A stretch of DNA of 64,000 nt from contig OY771555.1 in the NCBI GenBank assembly GCA_963674785.1, forward strand, positions 1,376,001 to 1,440,000, read 5' to 3'. Of the stretch, positions 29,856 to 40,249 are shown one piece after another. A program made the position numbers and the translations under genes. Each line of letters opens with the position of its first letter. Within the stretch, counting starts at the first letter, position 1. The DNA is from Caldisericia bacterium (GTDB lineage Bacteria > Caldisericota > Caldisericia > JAAYUI01). The notes beneath the pieces are model-generated. The model saw only the letters and a list, made by a program, of their open reading frames with translations, had not been told where the DNA came from and did no database searches.

Positions 29856-30437
29856 ATGAACTTACATACACTTAAACCAGCAAAAGGCTCAAGAAAAGGC
29901 AAGAGACAGATTGGCAGAGGTCCAGGCTGCGGAAAAGGCAAATGCTCAGGTTACGGACACAAAGGAGCAAAAGCACGTTCAGGCCGTGGTAAGGGTTACG
30001 GAAGCGGTTATGAGGGTGGAGCAACAAGAAGTTACATGCGTCTCCCAAAGATCAGGGGATGGAGAAACAAGCTCATCAATCCTATCAAAGTCGCTGAAGT
30101 AAAACTTGCTGATCTTAATGTCATCCCAACAGGAACCGAAGTCGACTTACAGACCCTTAGAGATTTTGGTCTTGCCAGAAAAACCGATCAGGCTTACAAG
30201 ATTCTTGGTGGCTCAGAGATTACTGTTGCACTTAACTTCAAAAAAGCAAAAGCAACAAAGAGTGCCATTGAGGCAATCAAAAAAGCTGGCGGTTCAATTG
30301 AGATCGATACTTCAAAAGAGGACAGACCAGCAAGATTTGGTAAAGATGGCAAATATGCTCAGCCAAAAAAAGCTAAACCTGTCAAAGCAGAAGCACAAAA
30401 AGATGAACCAGAAGCTACTTCTGAACAAGGAGAGTAA
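29856..30437 (+). CDS. rplO: 50S ribosomal protein L15 with C-terminal extension
   Basis: GRGPGCGKGKCSGYGHKG, YEGG, RLPK, AIKKAGG. Confidence 0.96.
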   Translation: MNLHTLKPAKGSRKGKRQIGRGPGCGKGKCSGYGHKGAKARSGRGKGYGSGYEGGATRSYMRLPKIRGWRNKLINPIKVAEVKLADLNVIPTGTEVDLQTLRDFGLARKTDQAYKILGGSEITVALNFKKAKATKSAIEAIKKAGGSIEIDTSKEDRPARFGKDGKYAQPKKAKPVKAEAQKDEPEATSEQGE

Positions 30438-30439
30438 AG

Positions 30440-31756
30440 ATGTTCAAAACCATTAGAAATGCCTGGAATATTCCTGAACTAAGAAACAGGGTCTTTGTAA
30501 CACTCGGGTTATTTATCCTGTTTAGGTTGGGTAACCATATCACAATCCCTGGAATCAACAGGCTTGCATTGTATGCTATGAAACAGCAGGCAGGTTTTAT
30601 GGGTTTGATGGATATGTTCTCTGGTGGTGGACTCCTTAAGATTTCGGTTTTCTCACTTGGAGTTATCCCGTACATTAACGCATCAATTATTCTCAATCTT
30701 CTTCAGTCGGTCATTCCTGCTCTTGAGCGAATGGTTCAAGAAGAGGGCATGGAAGGCAGAAGAAAGATGGCACAGATTACCAAGTGGGTCACTGTTGGTC
30801 TTGCATCACTTCAGTCAGCATCATTTGCTTTCTTCCTCTACCCAAACATCCTTAAGGCAAATGCAGCATTTTCAGGTATTGATCTATATGCAAATCCAGA
30901 TTCGATTTGGCTGAAGATTTTTGTCACATTTGTTCTGATTGCCGGCTCATTCTTGCTTGTTTGGCTTGGTGAATTGATGACCGAAAAGGGAATCGGAAAC
31001 GGTGTCTCTCTTATCATCTTCGCCGGAATTATTGCAAGAGTTGTCCCAGGATTCCAGGTTGTTATTGAAGGAATCAAGGGTAATGCAGCATCATGGTTCG
31101 GTTTTGGAATCTATATTGCGATATTTATTGCCTTTATTGGAACAATTATCTGGGCATATGAAGCGGAGCGAAGAGTTCCTGTGCAACACGCGAAAAGAAT
31201 TGTCGGAAGGAAGATGTATGGTGGTCAAACCACATATATCCCACTTAGGCTCATTCAGGCCGGTGTTCTGCCAATTATTTTCGCATCTGCTGTAATCACA
31301 TTCCCACAGATTATCGGAAGCTTTATTGATCAGACTGCTTGGTGGAATACGGTTGTTGTTGCCAACCTCACTCAGACAAGTAAGCCACTTTACAATATCT
31401 TATTCTTCCTGCTTGTTGTATTCTTCACATATTTCTATACCGCAATGCAGTATGATCCAGAAAAACTCTCGTCTGATCTTCAGAAACAGGGTGGATTTGT
31501 TCCTGGTGTAAGACCGGGCGAGGCAACAAAGAAATACTTCCAGGGAGTTTTATCGAAGGTAACACTTCCAGCTTCAATCTTCCTTGGTTTGCTTGCCGTA
31601 TTACCAAACCTTCTGCTTGCAGGCGTTCCACAGTTTGCCAGTATGTTTATTGGTGGAACAGGAATTCTCATTGCAATCGGTGTTTCACTTGAAACCGTAA
31701 ACCAGATTGAATCATATCTCACCATGAGAAACTACGAGGGATTCTTAGGAAAATGA
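30440..31756 (+). CDS. secY: Preprotein translocase subunit SecY
   Basis: FSLGVIPYINASII, GIGNGVSLIIF, PGVRPG, GGTGILI. Confidence 0.98.
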   Translation: MFKTIRNAWNIPELRNRVFVTLGLFILFRLGNHITIPGINRLALYAMKQQAGFMGLMDMFSGGGLLKISVFSLGVIPYINASIILNLLQSVIPALERMVQEEGMEGRRKMAQITKWVTVGLASLQSASFAFFLYPNILKANAAFSGIDLYANPDSIWLKIFVTFVLIAGSFLLVWLGELMTEKGIGNGVSLIIFAGIIARVVPGFQVVIEGIKGNAASWFGFGIYIAIFIAFIGTIIWAYEAERRVPVQHAKRIVGRKMYGGQTTYIPLRLIQAGVLPIIFASAVITFPQIIGSFIDQTAWWNTVVVANLTQTSKPLYNILFFLLVVFFTYFYTAMQYDPEKLSSDLQKQGGFVPGVRPGEATKKYFQGVLSKVTLPASIFLGLLAVLPNLLLAGVPQFASMFIGGTGILIAIGVSLETVNQIESYLTMRNYEGFLGK

Positions 31757-32373
31757 GGCTAATTCTGCTTGGAGCACCCGGATCAGGAAAAGGAACCGCA
31801 GCACTTAAGCTGGCTTCTAGATTTGGTATTGAGAATGTTGTTGCATCAACACTCTTAAGAAATGTCTACGAGAGTGGTTCACCTGATGGTAGCAAGATTA
31901 AGGAGTTTATGGATTCCGGTAATCTTGTTCCCGATGAGATCGTAAACAGAATTGTTTTGGATCATCTTAAGGGTTTAAATGGTTATGTTTTAGATGGTTA
32001 TCCAAGAACAAAAATCCAGGCAGAAAAACTTGAAGAGAAGTTAGATGAAAATGGTGTGTCGATTGACAGAGCGATCTATTTGGACGTATCACTTGATGTT
32101 TCACTTGAGAGGAATATGGCAAGGATGACCTGTCCGAGCTGTGGATACTCTCCCTCAAGTGGTGTGACAGTATGTCCTGAGTGTGGTACACAACTTGTCA
32201 AAAGAGCGGATGATCAGGTTGAAACTATCAAGCATAGATTCAAGACTTATCTTGATCTGACTGAACCTCTTATCGACTACTATGAAAAAAAAGGAATACT
32301 TCTGAGAATTGATGCGAGTGCAACAATTGATGAAGTCGAAAAATCGATAATTGATGGTCTTTGTGTTAAATGA
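31753..32373 (+). CDS. adk: Adenylate kinase (zinc-type LID)
   Basis: GAPGSGKGT, LDGYPRT, CPSC...CPEC, RADD. Confidence 0.96.
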   Translation: MRLILLGAPGSGKGTAALKLASRFGIENVVASTLLRNVYESGSPDGSKIKEFMDSGNLVPDEIVNRIVLDHLKGLNGYVLDGYPRTKIQAEKLEEKLDENGVSIDRAIYLDVSLDVSLERNMARMTCPSCGYSPSSGVTVCPECGTQLVKRADDQVETIKHRFKTYLDLTEPLIDYYEKKGILLRIDASATIDEVEKSIIDGLCVK

Positions 32374-33139
32374 TTTTCATTAAAACACCTGAAGAGACCA
32401 AAAAAATGAGGGTGTTAGGCTCTGAGGCTTTTAACATCTTAAGCAGCTTGAAAAAAAGTTCAAAACCAGGAATGACAACGAGACAGATTGATGAGCTTGC
32501 TGTCATTGAAGCCGATAAGATTGGAGCAAATTTATCCAGTTTTGGATATTATGATTTCCCTGGACACTTATGTATTTCTCTGAATGAGACTGTTATTCAT
32601 GGAATCCCAGATGACAGAAAACTCAAAAAGGGCGATATGGTGAGCATCGATATGCTTCTTGATAGAGATGGTGTTTTTGTGGATACCGCAATTACTTTTG
32701 TGGTTGGTGGTGCCCCAAATAAACTCCAAAAGAAGCTTATGAATGTGACAAGGGAAGCTTTAAATCTTGGTATTTCAAACGCTGTTGTTGGAAAGTGTGT
32801 TGGAGATATTTCCACCGCTATCCAAACACATGTTGAGAAAAACGGTTTTTCTGTTATCAAGGATTTTGTTGGTCATGGAGTTGGAAGACATATCCATGAA
32901 GATCCACAGATCCCAAATTTTGGTATCAAACCTGGTCTCGGATATCCATTAAAAAAGGGTATGACGATTGCAATCGAGCCGATGGTTTCTGCGGGTGACT
33001 GGCAGGTTGAAGTGCTTGCGGATGGCTGGACTGCAAATATGGTAGATGGCTCGTTATCTGCTCATTTTGAGCATACTGTGCTTGTGACAGATAAAGAACC
33101 TGTGATATTGACGAATAAACAAAAATCAATGGAGGTTAT

Positions 33140-33143
<4 letters not shown>
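32370..33143 (+). CDS. map: Methionine aminopeptidase type I
   Basis: [35 protein letters not shown]. Confidence 0.97.
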
Positions 33144-33491
<348 letters not shown>

Positions 33492-33501
33492 GAGTATGTA
33501 A

Positions 33502-33873
33502 ATGCCACGAATTTCAGGTGTAGACATTCCAGCTAACAAAAGAGTAGATATTTCTCTTAGATACATTTATGGTATTGGTCCAGTCAATGCTCATGAAGTA
33601 GTAGAGAAAGCCGGTATTGACCCACTCAAGAGGATGAAGGATTTATCCAAAGAAGAGCTTGAGAAAATCAATGAGATATTAGCAAGTGACTATAAGGTTG
33701 AAGGTGATCTTAGAAAAGAAGTTACTCAGAATATCAAGAGATTGATTGAAATCGGTACCTACAGAGGACTTAGACATAAGCGTGGTCTCCCTGTCAGAGG
33801 ACAGAGAACTCGTACAAATGCAAGAACTCGTAAGGGCAGATCTCATTCAGTCGGCGTTTCGAGAAAGAAGTAA
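33502..33873 (+). CDS. rpsM: 30S ribosomal protein S13
   Basis: [24 protein letters not shown]. Confidence 0.98.
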   Translation: MPRISGVDIPANKRVDISLRYIYGIGPVNAHEVVEKAGIDPLKRMKDLSKEELEKINEILASDYKVEGDLRKEVTQNIKRLIEIGTYRGLRHKRGLPVRGQRTRTNARTRKGRSHSVGVSRKK

Positions 33874-33883
33874 GGGGTGAGAG

Positions 33884-34258
33884 ATGGCTAAGAAAAAAAG
33901 AGCGAAGAAGCTAGTCTCTGAAGGTAGAATCTATATTCATTGCAGTTTTAATAATTGCATTGTTTCAGTCACAGACAAAGATGGCAACGTTGTTGCTTGG
34001 TCATCTGGTGGAGAAAGTGGTTTCAAAGGAACAAGAAAAGGAACCGGTTTCGCAGCCCAGGTTGTCGCGCAGAATGCATGCAAAAAAGCACTTGATATGG
34101 GTATGAAAGAAGCGAGATTGTTTGTCAAAGGCCCAGGATCAGGTAGAGAAACTGCAATCCGTTCGGTTGGTGCCTCAGGAATCACAATTACTTCAATCAA
34201 AGATATCACTCCAATCCCACATAATGGATGCCGACCACCAAAAATCAGGAGAGTATAG
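33884..34258 (+). CDS. rpsK: 30S ribosomal protein S11
   Basis: [25 protein letters not shown]. Confidence 0.98.
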   Translation: MAKKKRAKKLVSEGRIYIHCSFNNCIVSVTDKDGNVVAWSSGGESGFKGTRKGTGFAAQVVAQNACKKALDMGMKEARLFVKGPGSGRETAIRSVGASGITITSIKDITPIPHNGCRPPKIRRV

Positions 34259-34260
34259 AG

Positions 34261-34893
34261 ATGGGAAGATATACAGGACCAGTTTGCAGACTCTGCAGAA
34301 GAGAAAAAGACAAGCTCTACCTCAAAGGGGCAAGATGCTATGGAGCAAAATGTCCGCTTGAAGGCAATTACCATATTCCAGGAATGCATGGACCAAAAAA
34401 GAGACCTCGTGAAAAGATGTCAGATTATGCACTTCATCTTCGCGAAAAACAGAAGGTTAGAAGAATGTATGGAATGATGGAAAACCAGTTCAAGAATTAC
34501 TTTGCTGTTGCAAAAGCACAGAGAGAAATTCCAACCGGTGACAAACTTCTTGAGATTCTTGAGAGAAGACTTGATAATGTTATTTATAGAGCATCACTTG
34601 CTCCAAGCAGAACATCAGCAAGACAGATCATCAATCATTCACATATTAGAGTAAATGGTAAAAGACTTGATGTTCCATCCTACATTGTCAAACCAGGCGA
34701 CACCATTGAGGTAAAACAGAAAGCAAGAAAAATTAACCTCATCGACGAAGCAATCAAGTCACCTGTTACTCCACCATCATGGATGTCTTTTGATGACAAG
34801 AATTATAAAATTGAGATTCTTAGAATTCCAACCGTATCAGACATTGACTCAACCGCAAATATTCAGCTCGTTGTTGAATATTATTCAAGGTAA
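34261..34893 (+). CDS. rpsD: 30S ribosomal protein S4
   Basis: MGRYTGPVCRLCRRE, LREKQK, LERRLDN, LVVEYYSR. Confidence 0.98.
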   Translation: MGRYTGPVCRLCRREKDKLYLKGARCYGAKCPLEGNYHIPGMHGPKKRPREKMSDYALHLREKQKVRRMYGMMENQFKNYFAVAKAQREIPTGDKLLEILERRLDNVIYRASLAPSRTSARQIINHSHIRVNGKRLDVPSYIVKPGDTIEVKQKARKINLIDEAIKSPVTPPSWMSFDDKNYKIEILRIPTVSDIDSTANIQLVVEYYSR

Positions 34894-34911
34894 GAGATAA
34901 GGGGATATAAA

Positions 34912-36480
34912 GTGTTTCCACTTGCAAGTCTTGAACTCAAGACCATCGAAGAGGATGCCTTTCTTGGTAGATATACTCTAGAACCTCTTCATCCGGGGTA
35001 TGGTGTATTGATTGGCAACAGTTTGAGGAGAGTACTTCTTTCCTCCATCAAAGGTGCTGCCCCAATAGCCCTGAGAATAGATGGGGTTCCCCATGAATTC
35101 TCCGTGATCGACGGTGTTGTAGAAGATGTCGTACAAATCGTTTTGAATTTGAAAAAGCTTGTTGTTGCCATGGATACAGATGAGATTAGAACTCTCACTC
35201 TTGATGCATCCGGTGAAAAGATGGTAACAGCTGCAGACATCATTCCAGATGTAGATACAACAATTGTTAATCCAGAACTACACATTGCCGAATTATCATC
35301 TCCAAACTCAACCCTCAGAATGGACATCATGGTTTCCAAAAAACGCGGATATGTCCCAATCGTTAAAAACAAAATGGACGGTTATCCTGTTGGAACCATC
35401 TGGCTTGATGCGATGTTTACACCAGTAAAGAATGTCAGATTCTCTGTTGAACAGACATTGATTGAGCAGTATCTTGATTTTGAGAGACTCAGCATTGATA
35501 TTCTCTGTAACGGTGCAATTGCACCAAGAGAAGCACTGCTTCAGGGTCTTCAGATCCTTTCTGAATACTACACTGTTATTGCACAACCAGAACTTCTTAA
35601 GAGAGAAGAGGAAGGTATTGAGGAGATTCTTGATGAGAAGCTCAACCAGCCTCTTGATGCTGCGGTTCCTGGGATTTCAGCAAAAACTCACCATCTTCTG
35701 GTTTATGAAGGTATTAAATCTCTCAGAGATCTACTTATGCGTGAGCAGGATGAGATTAAGGCAATCAGAGGTATCAGCACAAAAGCACTCTCTTCACTCA
35801 TGAAAGCTCTTACATCTGCTCCTGATTACGAACTTATTTCACAGTATACATTCCCGCTCTTCGGTGAGGACATGGATTCATTCAGTAATGCTGATGAGGT
35901 GGATGAGAGTCACGATACGGATGTAGTTGACGTAGATGAGGTAATCGCAGAGGTCGGTGATATTGAGGTTGATCAGTCAGAATCTAAAGAGATTTCACCA
36001 GATACACCAGCTGACGTTCCAGAAGAAGCTCTTAAGTATCAGCTTGAAGATTTATCTATCGCAAAAAGCACAGAAGGTTTCCTTGAAGATAATGGTGTAA
36101 CAACGCTTGTTCAGCTTGTTAGTAGAACAAGGGATGAGATTCATAACATGGAGGGTTTCAAAGAGAAAATCATTACTGAGATCGAAAAGAAACTTTCTAA
36201 ACTTGGTCTTTCTCTTTCTACTGATAAGAGCTTTGAAGCGATGGATCAGGCCGACCAGGAAAAAACAATCAGAGATATGTCAATCGATGTTTTCATTGCA
36301 AACGATGTTCCAATCCCAAGCACGTCACAGAAAGCACTTGAGCAGAAGGGTGTTGGTAATGTTGGTCAGATGATTGATTTGGGAAAAGCTGCCCTCAAAG
36401 GAAAACTCAAATTCTCTGGTAAGACAATAAAATCGATAGAAAAAAGACTCCAGGAGTGGGGTCTTGAACTCAAGGAGTAA
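34912..36480 (+). CDS. rpoA: RNA polymerase alpha subunit, extended (522 aa, three alpha-CTD-like domains)
   Basis: NTD EPLHPGYG..GNSLRRVLLSSI, HEFS.IDGVVED, RGYV, LDAMFTPV; located between rpsD and rplQ. Confidence 0.96.
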   Translation: MFPLASLELKTIEEDAFLGRYTLEPLHPGYGVLIGNSLRRVLLSSIKGAAPIALRIDGVPHEFSVIDGVVEDVVQIVLNLKKLVVAMDTDEIRTLTLDASGEKMVTAADIIPDVDTTIVNPELHIAELSSPNSTLRMDIMVSKKRGYVPIVKNKMDGYPVGTIWLDAMFTPVKNVRFSVEQTLIEQYLDFERLSIDILCNGAIAPREALLQGLQILSEYYTVIAQPELLKREEEGIEEILDEKLNQPLDAAVPGISAKTHHLLVYEGIKSLRDLLMREQDEIKAIRGISTKALSSLMKALTSAPDYELISQYTFPLFGEDMDSFSNADEVDESHDTDVVDVDEVIAEVGDIEVDQSESKEISPDTPADVPEEALKYQLEDLSIAKSTEGFLEDNGVTTLVQLVSRTRDEIHNMEGFKEKIITEIEKKLSKLGLSLSTDKSFEAMDQADQEKTIRDMSIDVFIANDVPIPSTSQKALEQKGVGNVGQMIDLGKAALKGKLKFSGKTIKSIEKRLQEWGLELKE

Positions 36481-36483
36481 ATT

Positions 36484-36843
36484 ATGAGACACCAGAAAAC
36501 ACACAGAAAACTCGGTGTATGGAGTTCATACAGAAAAATGATGCTCAGAAACCTTGCCACAAACCTTGTTATGTCTGGAAAAATTGAAACAACAGAGGCA
36601 AGATCAAAAGAGCTCAGAAGAAAAGTTGACAGAATTTTTGTGGTTGCAAAGAATGATGACCTTTCCTCAGTCAGAAAGGTTTATTCATTTTTTACAACAA
36701 GAGAAGCTGCAAAAAGATGCCTCGACGATGCAAAGAATAAATTTGACCAGAATAAAACTGGTGGGTTTACAAGACAGTTTAAACTTGGCCCACGCAGAGG
36801 AGATGGCGCTCCTTTAGTTTTGGTCAAACTTGACTATGCCTGA
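36484..36843 (+). CDS. rplQ: 50S ribosomal protein L17
   Basis: MRHQK..RKLG, IETTEAR, GGFTR, RRGDGA. Confidence 0.97.
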   Translation: MRHQKTHRKLGVWSSYRKMMLRNLATNLVMSGKIETTEARSKELRRKVDRIFVVAKNDDLSSVRKVYSFFTTREAAKRCLDDAKNKFDQNKTGGFTRQFKLGPRRGDGAPLVLVKLDYA

Positions 36844-37693
36844 GGAAGAAAAAGCTGAAAACGCCTTTTCACTCGTTTTTGATAAGGTAAGCTTCAGTTA
36901 TAAAAATAACGAAGAAGGAAGAGCACCTGCATTATCTGGGTGCTCTTTTGAATATGGGCAAGGAGAGTTTCTTGTTCTTGTTGGGCACAATTCTTCGGGT
37001 AAGTCAACTCTCGTAAAGATGATAAACGGTTTGTTGATTCCAGATGATGGAGATGTTCTTGTGTCTGGTCTTTCGACTTCTGATTCAAAAAACCATATCT
37101 CAATAAGAAAAGAAGTTGGGTTGGTTTTTCAAAACCCTGACAATCAAACTGTTACATCTGTTGTTGAGGATGATGTTGCCTTTGGTCCTGAAAATCTAAA
37201 TCTTGAATCGAGCGATATTCAGGAGAGGGTGACATCGGCTCTAGAAACGGTTAGCATGCTTGACAGAAGGAAGAAGCTTGTTGCGAATCTTTCTGGAGGT
37301 CAGAAACAGCTCATTGCAATTGCTGGAGTTCTTGCCCTAAGACCCAAATTGATTATTCTCGATGAGGCAACCTCCTTGCTTGATCCTCGTGGAAGAAGAC
37401 TCGTTTTAAAGAAAATTGTTGAACTAAACCGAATGGGTATCGGCATTATTATGATTACTCACAAAATGGAAGAAGTTCTTTTAGGTAATAGGGTTATAGC
37501 TCTTGAAAAAGGAAATATTATCTTTGATGGAAAATCATCTGATCTCTTTTCAAACAAAGAACTACTTCAGAGAGCTGGGCTTGAACCACCTCAGATTCTT
37601 GAATTAACAAAAGAGCTTAGAGATATCGGTTACAATATCAAAACGCCGAAAAACCCAGCTGAGATTGTGGAGGAAATATGCAAATTGAGGTGA
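36836..37693 (+). CDS. ecfA1: ECF transporter ATPase EcfA1
   Basis: GHNSSGKST, FQNPDNQ, LSGGQ, LDEATS; conserved position after rplQ. Confidence 0.92.
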   Translation: MPEEEKAENAFSLVFDKVSFSYKNNEEGRAPALSGCSFEYGQGEFLVLVGHNSSGKSTLVKMINGLLIPDDGDVLVSGLSTSDSKNHISIRKEVGLVFQNPDNQTVTSVVEDDVAFGPENLNLESSDIQERVTSALETVSMLDRRKKLVANLSGGQKQLIAIAGVLALRPKLIILDEATSLLDPRGRRLVLKKIVELNRMGIGIIMITHKMEEVLLGNRVIALEKGNIIFDGKSSDLFSNKELLQRAGLEPPQILELTKELRDIGYNIKTPKNPAEIVEEICKLR

Positions 37694-38526
37694 AGAACCT
37701 CACTCATGTTTATGATATTGGCATGCCCTTTGAGTATACTGCCCTCGATGATGTTTCAGTTGCAATTGAATCAGGGAAGATAACTGGGATTATTGGATCA
37801 ACTGGGTCTGGTAAAAGTACTTTAATTCAGCATTTTAATGCTTTGCTTTCCCCAACATCTGGAACCGTACTAGTCGATGGTGAAGATGTTAATGAAAAAA
37901 AATATGATAAGAAAATCCTGAGACAGAAGATTGGCATGGTCTTTCAGTATCCAGAATCACAACTTTTTGGAGAAACTGTTGAGAAGGATATCGCATTTGG
38001 ACCATCAAAAATGGGTCTTAACGCTGACGAAATAAAAGAGCGTGTTAAAGAATCAATCTCGCTTCTCGGGATAAGTTACGATGACTATAAGGATAGATCA
38101 CCATTCAATTTATCTGGTGGTGAAAAACGAAAAATAGCCATTGCAGGAATTCTAGCCTTACGACCAGAAGTTCTTGTTCTTGATGAACCGACTGCAGGAC
38201 TTGATCCGGTCGCCAGAACAAACCTTTTAAACCTTATTCTTTCATACAAAAAAGATGGTAAAACACTTGTAATGGTATCTCACGACATGGATGAGGTTTC
38301 AGGTGTTGCTGATAATGTAATCGTTATGAATCAGTCCAAAATTATATATTCGGGAGATACAGGTGAAGCGTTTTCTCAGCCAGCAATGCTCAGGTCGGCT
38401 GGATTGGATGTACCAATGCTTTCAGTGATTGCTGAACTTCTTCGAAAAAAAGAGTTTGATATCCCTAGAAGAACCTGGGATGCCCCTAATCTTGCAAGAA
38501 AAATTGTAGAGGAGCTGAAGAAATAA
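37678..38526 (+). CDS. ecfA2: ECF transporter ATPase EcfA2
   Basis: GSTGSGKST, FQYPESQLF, SPFNLSGGE, LDEPTAGLDP. Confidence 0.93.
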   Translation: MQIEVKNLTHVYDIGMPFEYTALDDVSVAIESGKITGIIGSTGSGKSTLIQHFNALLSPTSGTVLVDGEDVNEKKYDKKILRQKIGMVFQYPESQLFGETVEKDIAFGPSKMGLNADEIKERVKESISLLGISYDDYKDRSPFNLSGGEKRKIAIAGILALRPEVLVLDEPTAGLDPVARTNLLNLILSYKKDGKTLVMVSHDMDEVSGVADNVIVMNQSKIIYSGDTGEAFSQPAMLRSAGLDVPMLSVIAELLRKKEFDIPRRTWDAPNLARKIVEELKK

Positions 38527-39329
38527 TGGCTCTCGCAAATCTCGTTGTCGTTGGGCAGTATATCCCTATGAAAACCTTTATCCATAATATGGATTCAAGG
38601 ATAAAATTGACCATCGCAATGTTTTTCTTGATTTTCATTTTTATGGTTGGCGGGTTGGATGTACTTGGTTTCCTTTTTGTTTTGGTTATGATTTTTGCTT
38701 TTCTTGCCAAAGTACCGTTTATGCATCTTGTCAGAGGGCTAAGACCAATCCTTTTTTTAATTCTTATCACAGTCATCATACAGGTTTTTGTTACAAAAGG
38801 TGATCCAGCTTTTGAATTGTGGGGGATCGTCGTATCAAAGCAGGGTCTTTTGTATGCAGCAAGAATAGTTATAAGGCTTGTCACCCTTGTTTCTGTTTCA
38901 GTGGTTTTGACTTTTTCAACGTCTCCACTTGAGCTTACTTTTGCAATGGAGTCATTCATGTCTCCTTTGAGGCTTGTTGGATTTCCAGTTTCTGAGGTTG
39001 CCTTGATGATGAGTATTGCATTGAGATTTATCCCAACACTTTTATCTGAAGCAGATAAGATCGTTAAAGCCCAAAGCTCAAGAGGGGCTGATTTCGGCAC
39101 TGGTGGCTTAATCGCCAGAGCAAAGGCCTTTATTCCGGTAATAATACCGCTTTTCGTTTCATCATTTAGAAGAGCCGAAGAGCTTGCCCAAGCTATGGAA
39201 TCAAGATGTTTTGTAACCGGGGCTAAACGTGGCAGATTGCATGTGGTTACAATTAAGTGGTATGATTGGGTGGTTTTGTTTGTTTTGCTTGTGATGTTGG
39301 TAGCACTGTATTTGTATGCGAGAATTTAA
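38526..39329 (+). CDS. ecfT: ECF transporter transmembrane component T
   Basis: IALRFIPTL, AQSSRG, AMESR. Confidence 0.93.
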   Translation: MALANLVVVGQYIPMKTFIHNMDSRIKLTIAMFFLIFIFMVGGLDVLGFLFVLVMIFAFLAKVPFMHLVRGLRPILFLILITVIIQVFVTKGDPAFELWGIVVSKQGLLYAARIVIRLVTLVSVSVVLTFSTSPLELTFAMESFMSPLRLVGFPVSEVALMMSIALRFIPTLLSEADKIVKAQSSRGADFGTGGLIARAKAFIPVIIPLFVSSFRRAEELAQAMESRCFVTGAKRGRLHVVTIKWYDWVVLFVLLVMLVALYLYARI

Positions 39330-40068
39330 TTACAAAGCCGTAATTGCCTATGATGGGACGGATTATTATGGATTTCAAAGGCAGTATGGTCTTCCATCTA
39401 TCCAGGTTGCAGTAGAAGACGCTATTTGGGAGTCACTTGGAATAAAAACCACTGTTTATGGTTCATCACGAACTGACAGAGGGGTCCATGCTCTGGGACA
39501 AGTTATTTCGTTTTCGATAGATCAAGACATTCATCCCGCAGGAATGTTTGGGATGGTCTCTAATTATTTGCCATCAACGATTACACTTAAGTCGCTCGAA
39601 AAGGCTCCATGGGGATTTATTGCAAGATTTGCACAGCGAACAAAGGTCTATTCGTACTTAATCCATAAAGGTAAGTCCGACTCACCATTTGTCAAAAGGG
39701 GTTCGTGGATTATTCCACATCAGCATTTTAACACCAAGGTTTTAGCTGATACTTTTTCGAGATTTCTTGGGAAACATAACTTTGCCTGTTTTGGCAAAAC
39801 CACAAAAGAGGGTAACGAAAAAGACCCCAACTGTCATATACTGGAAACCGATGTTTTGGAGAAGGGTAGTTTTGTGGCATTAATATTGCGTGGTGACAGG
39901 TTTCTTCACAATATGGTAAGAAGGATGGTTGGATATTCTGTCGAGTGTGCTTTGGGCAGGGAAGACCCCGAAACTCTAGAATCAATTTTTATGGGCAATA
40001 TGCGTCCATCAGCAGGCCAAAAAGCTCCACCTCAAGGTCTTTACCTGGTCTCGGTTGACTATACATAA
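39316..40068 (+). CDS. truA: tRNA pseudouridine(38-40) synthase
   Basis: YDGTDYYGFQRQ, SRTDRGVHALGQ, FLHNMVR, APPQGLYL. Confidence 0.96.
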   Translation: MREFNYKAVIAYDGTDYYGFQRQYGLPSIQVAVEDAIWESLGIKTTVYGSSRTDRGVHALGQVISFSIDQDIHPAGMFGMVSNYLPSTITLKSLEKAPWGFIARFAQRTKVYSYLIHKGKSDSPFVKRGSWIIPHQHFNTKVLADTFSRFLGKHNFACFGKTTKEGNEKDPNCHILETDVLEKGSFVALILRGDRFLHNMVRRMVGYSVECALGREDPETLESIFMGNMRPSAGQKAPPQGLYLVSVDYT

Positions 40069-40249
40069 GCAGTATTCAAACTCACCGAAACATGATTTTT
40101 ATTTTTATATGAGTAGTCTTTAAAAGGCTCATCAAGGATTATGCTCGTAGACATAAATAATACAGGCGAGACAGTCTAAATGAGTGATCTGTTCCCAGAA
40201 TAAAAGATAACAACTAGACTAAGTACGTTATTTATCTATAATTTGGACA

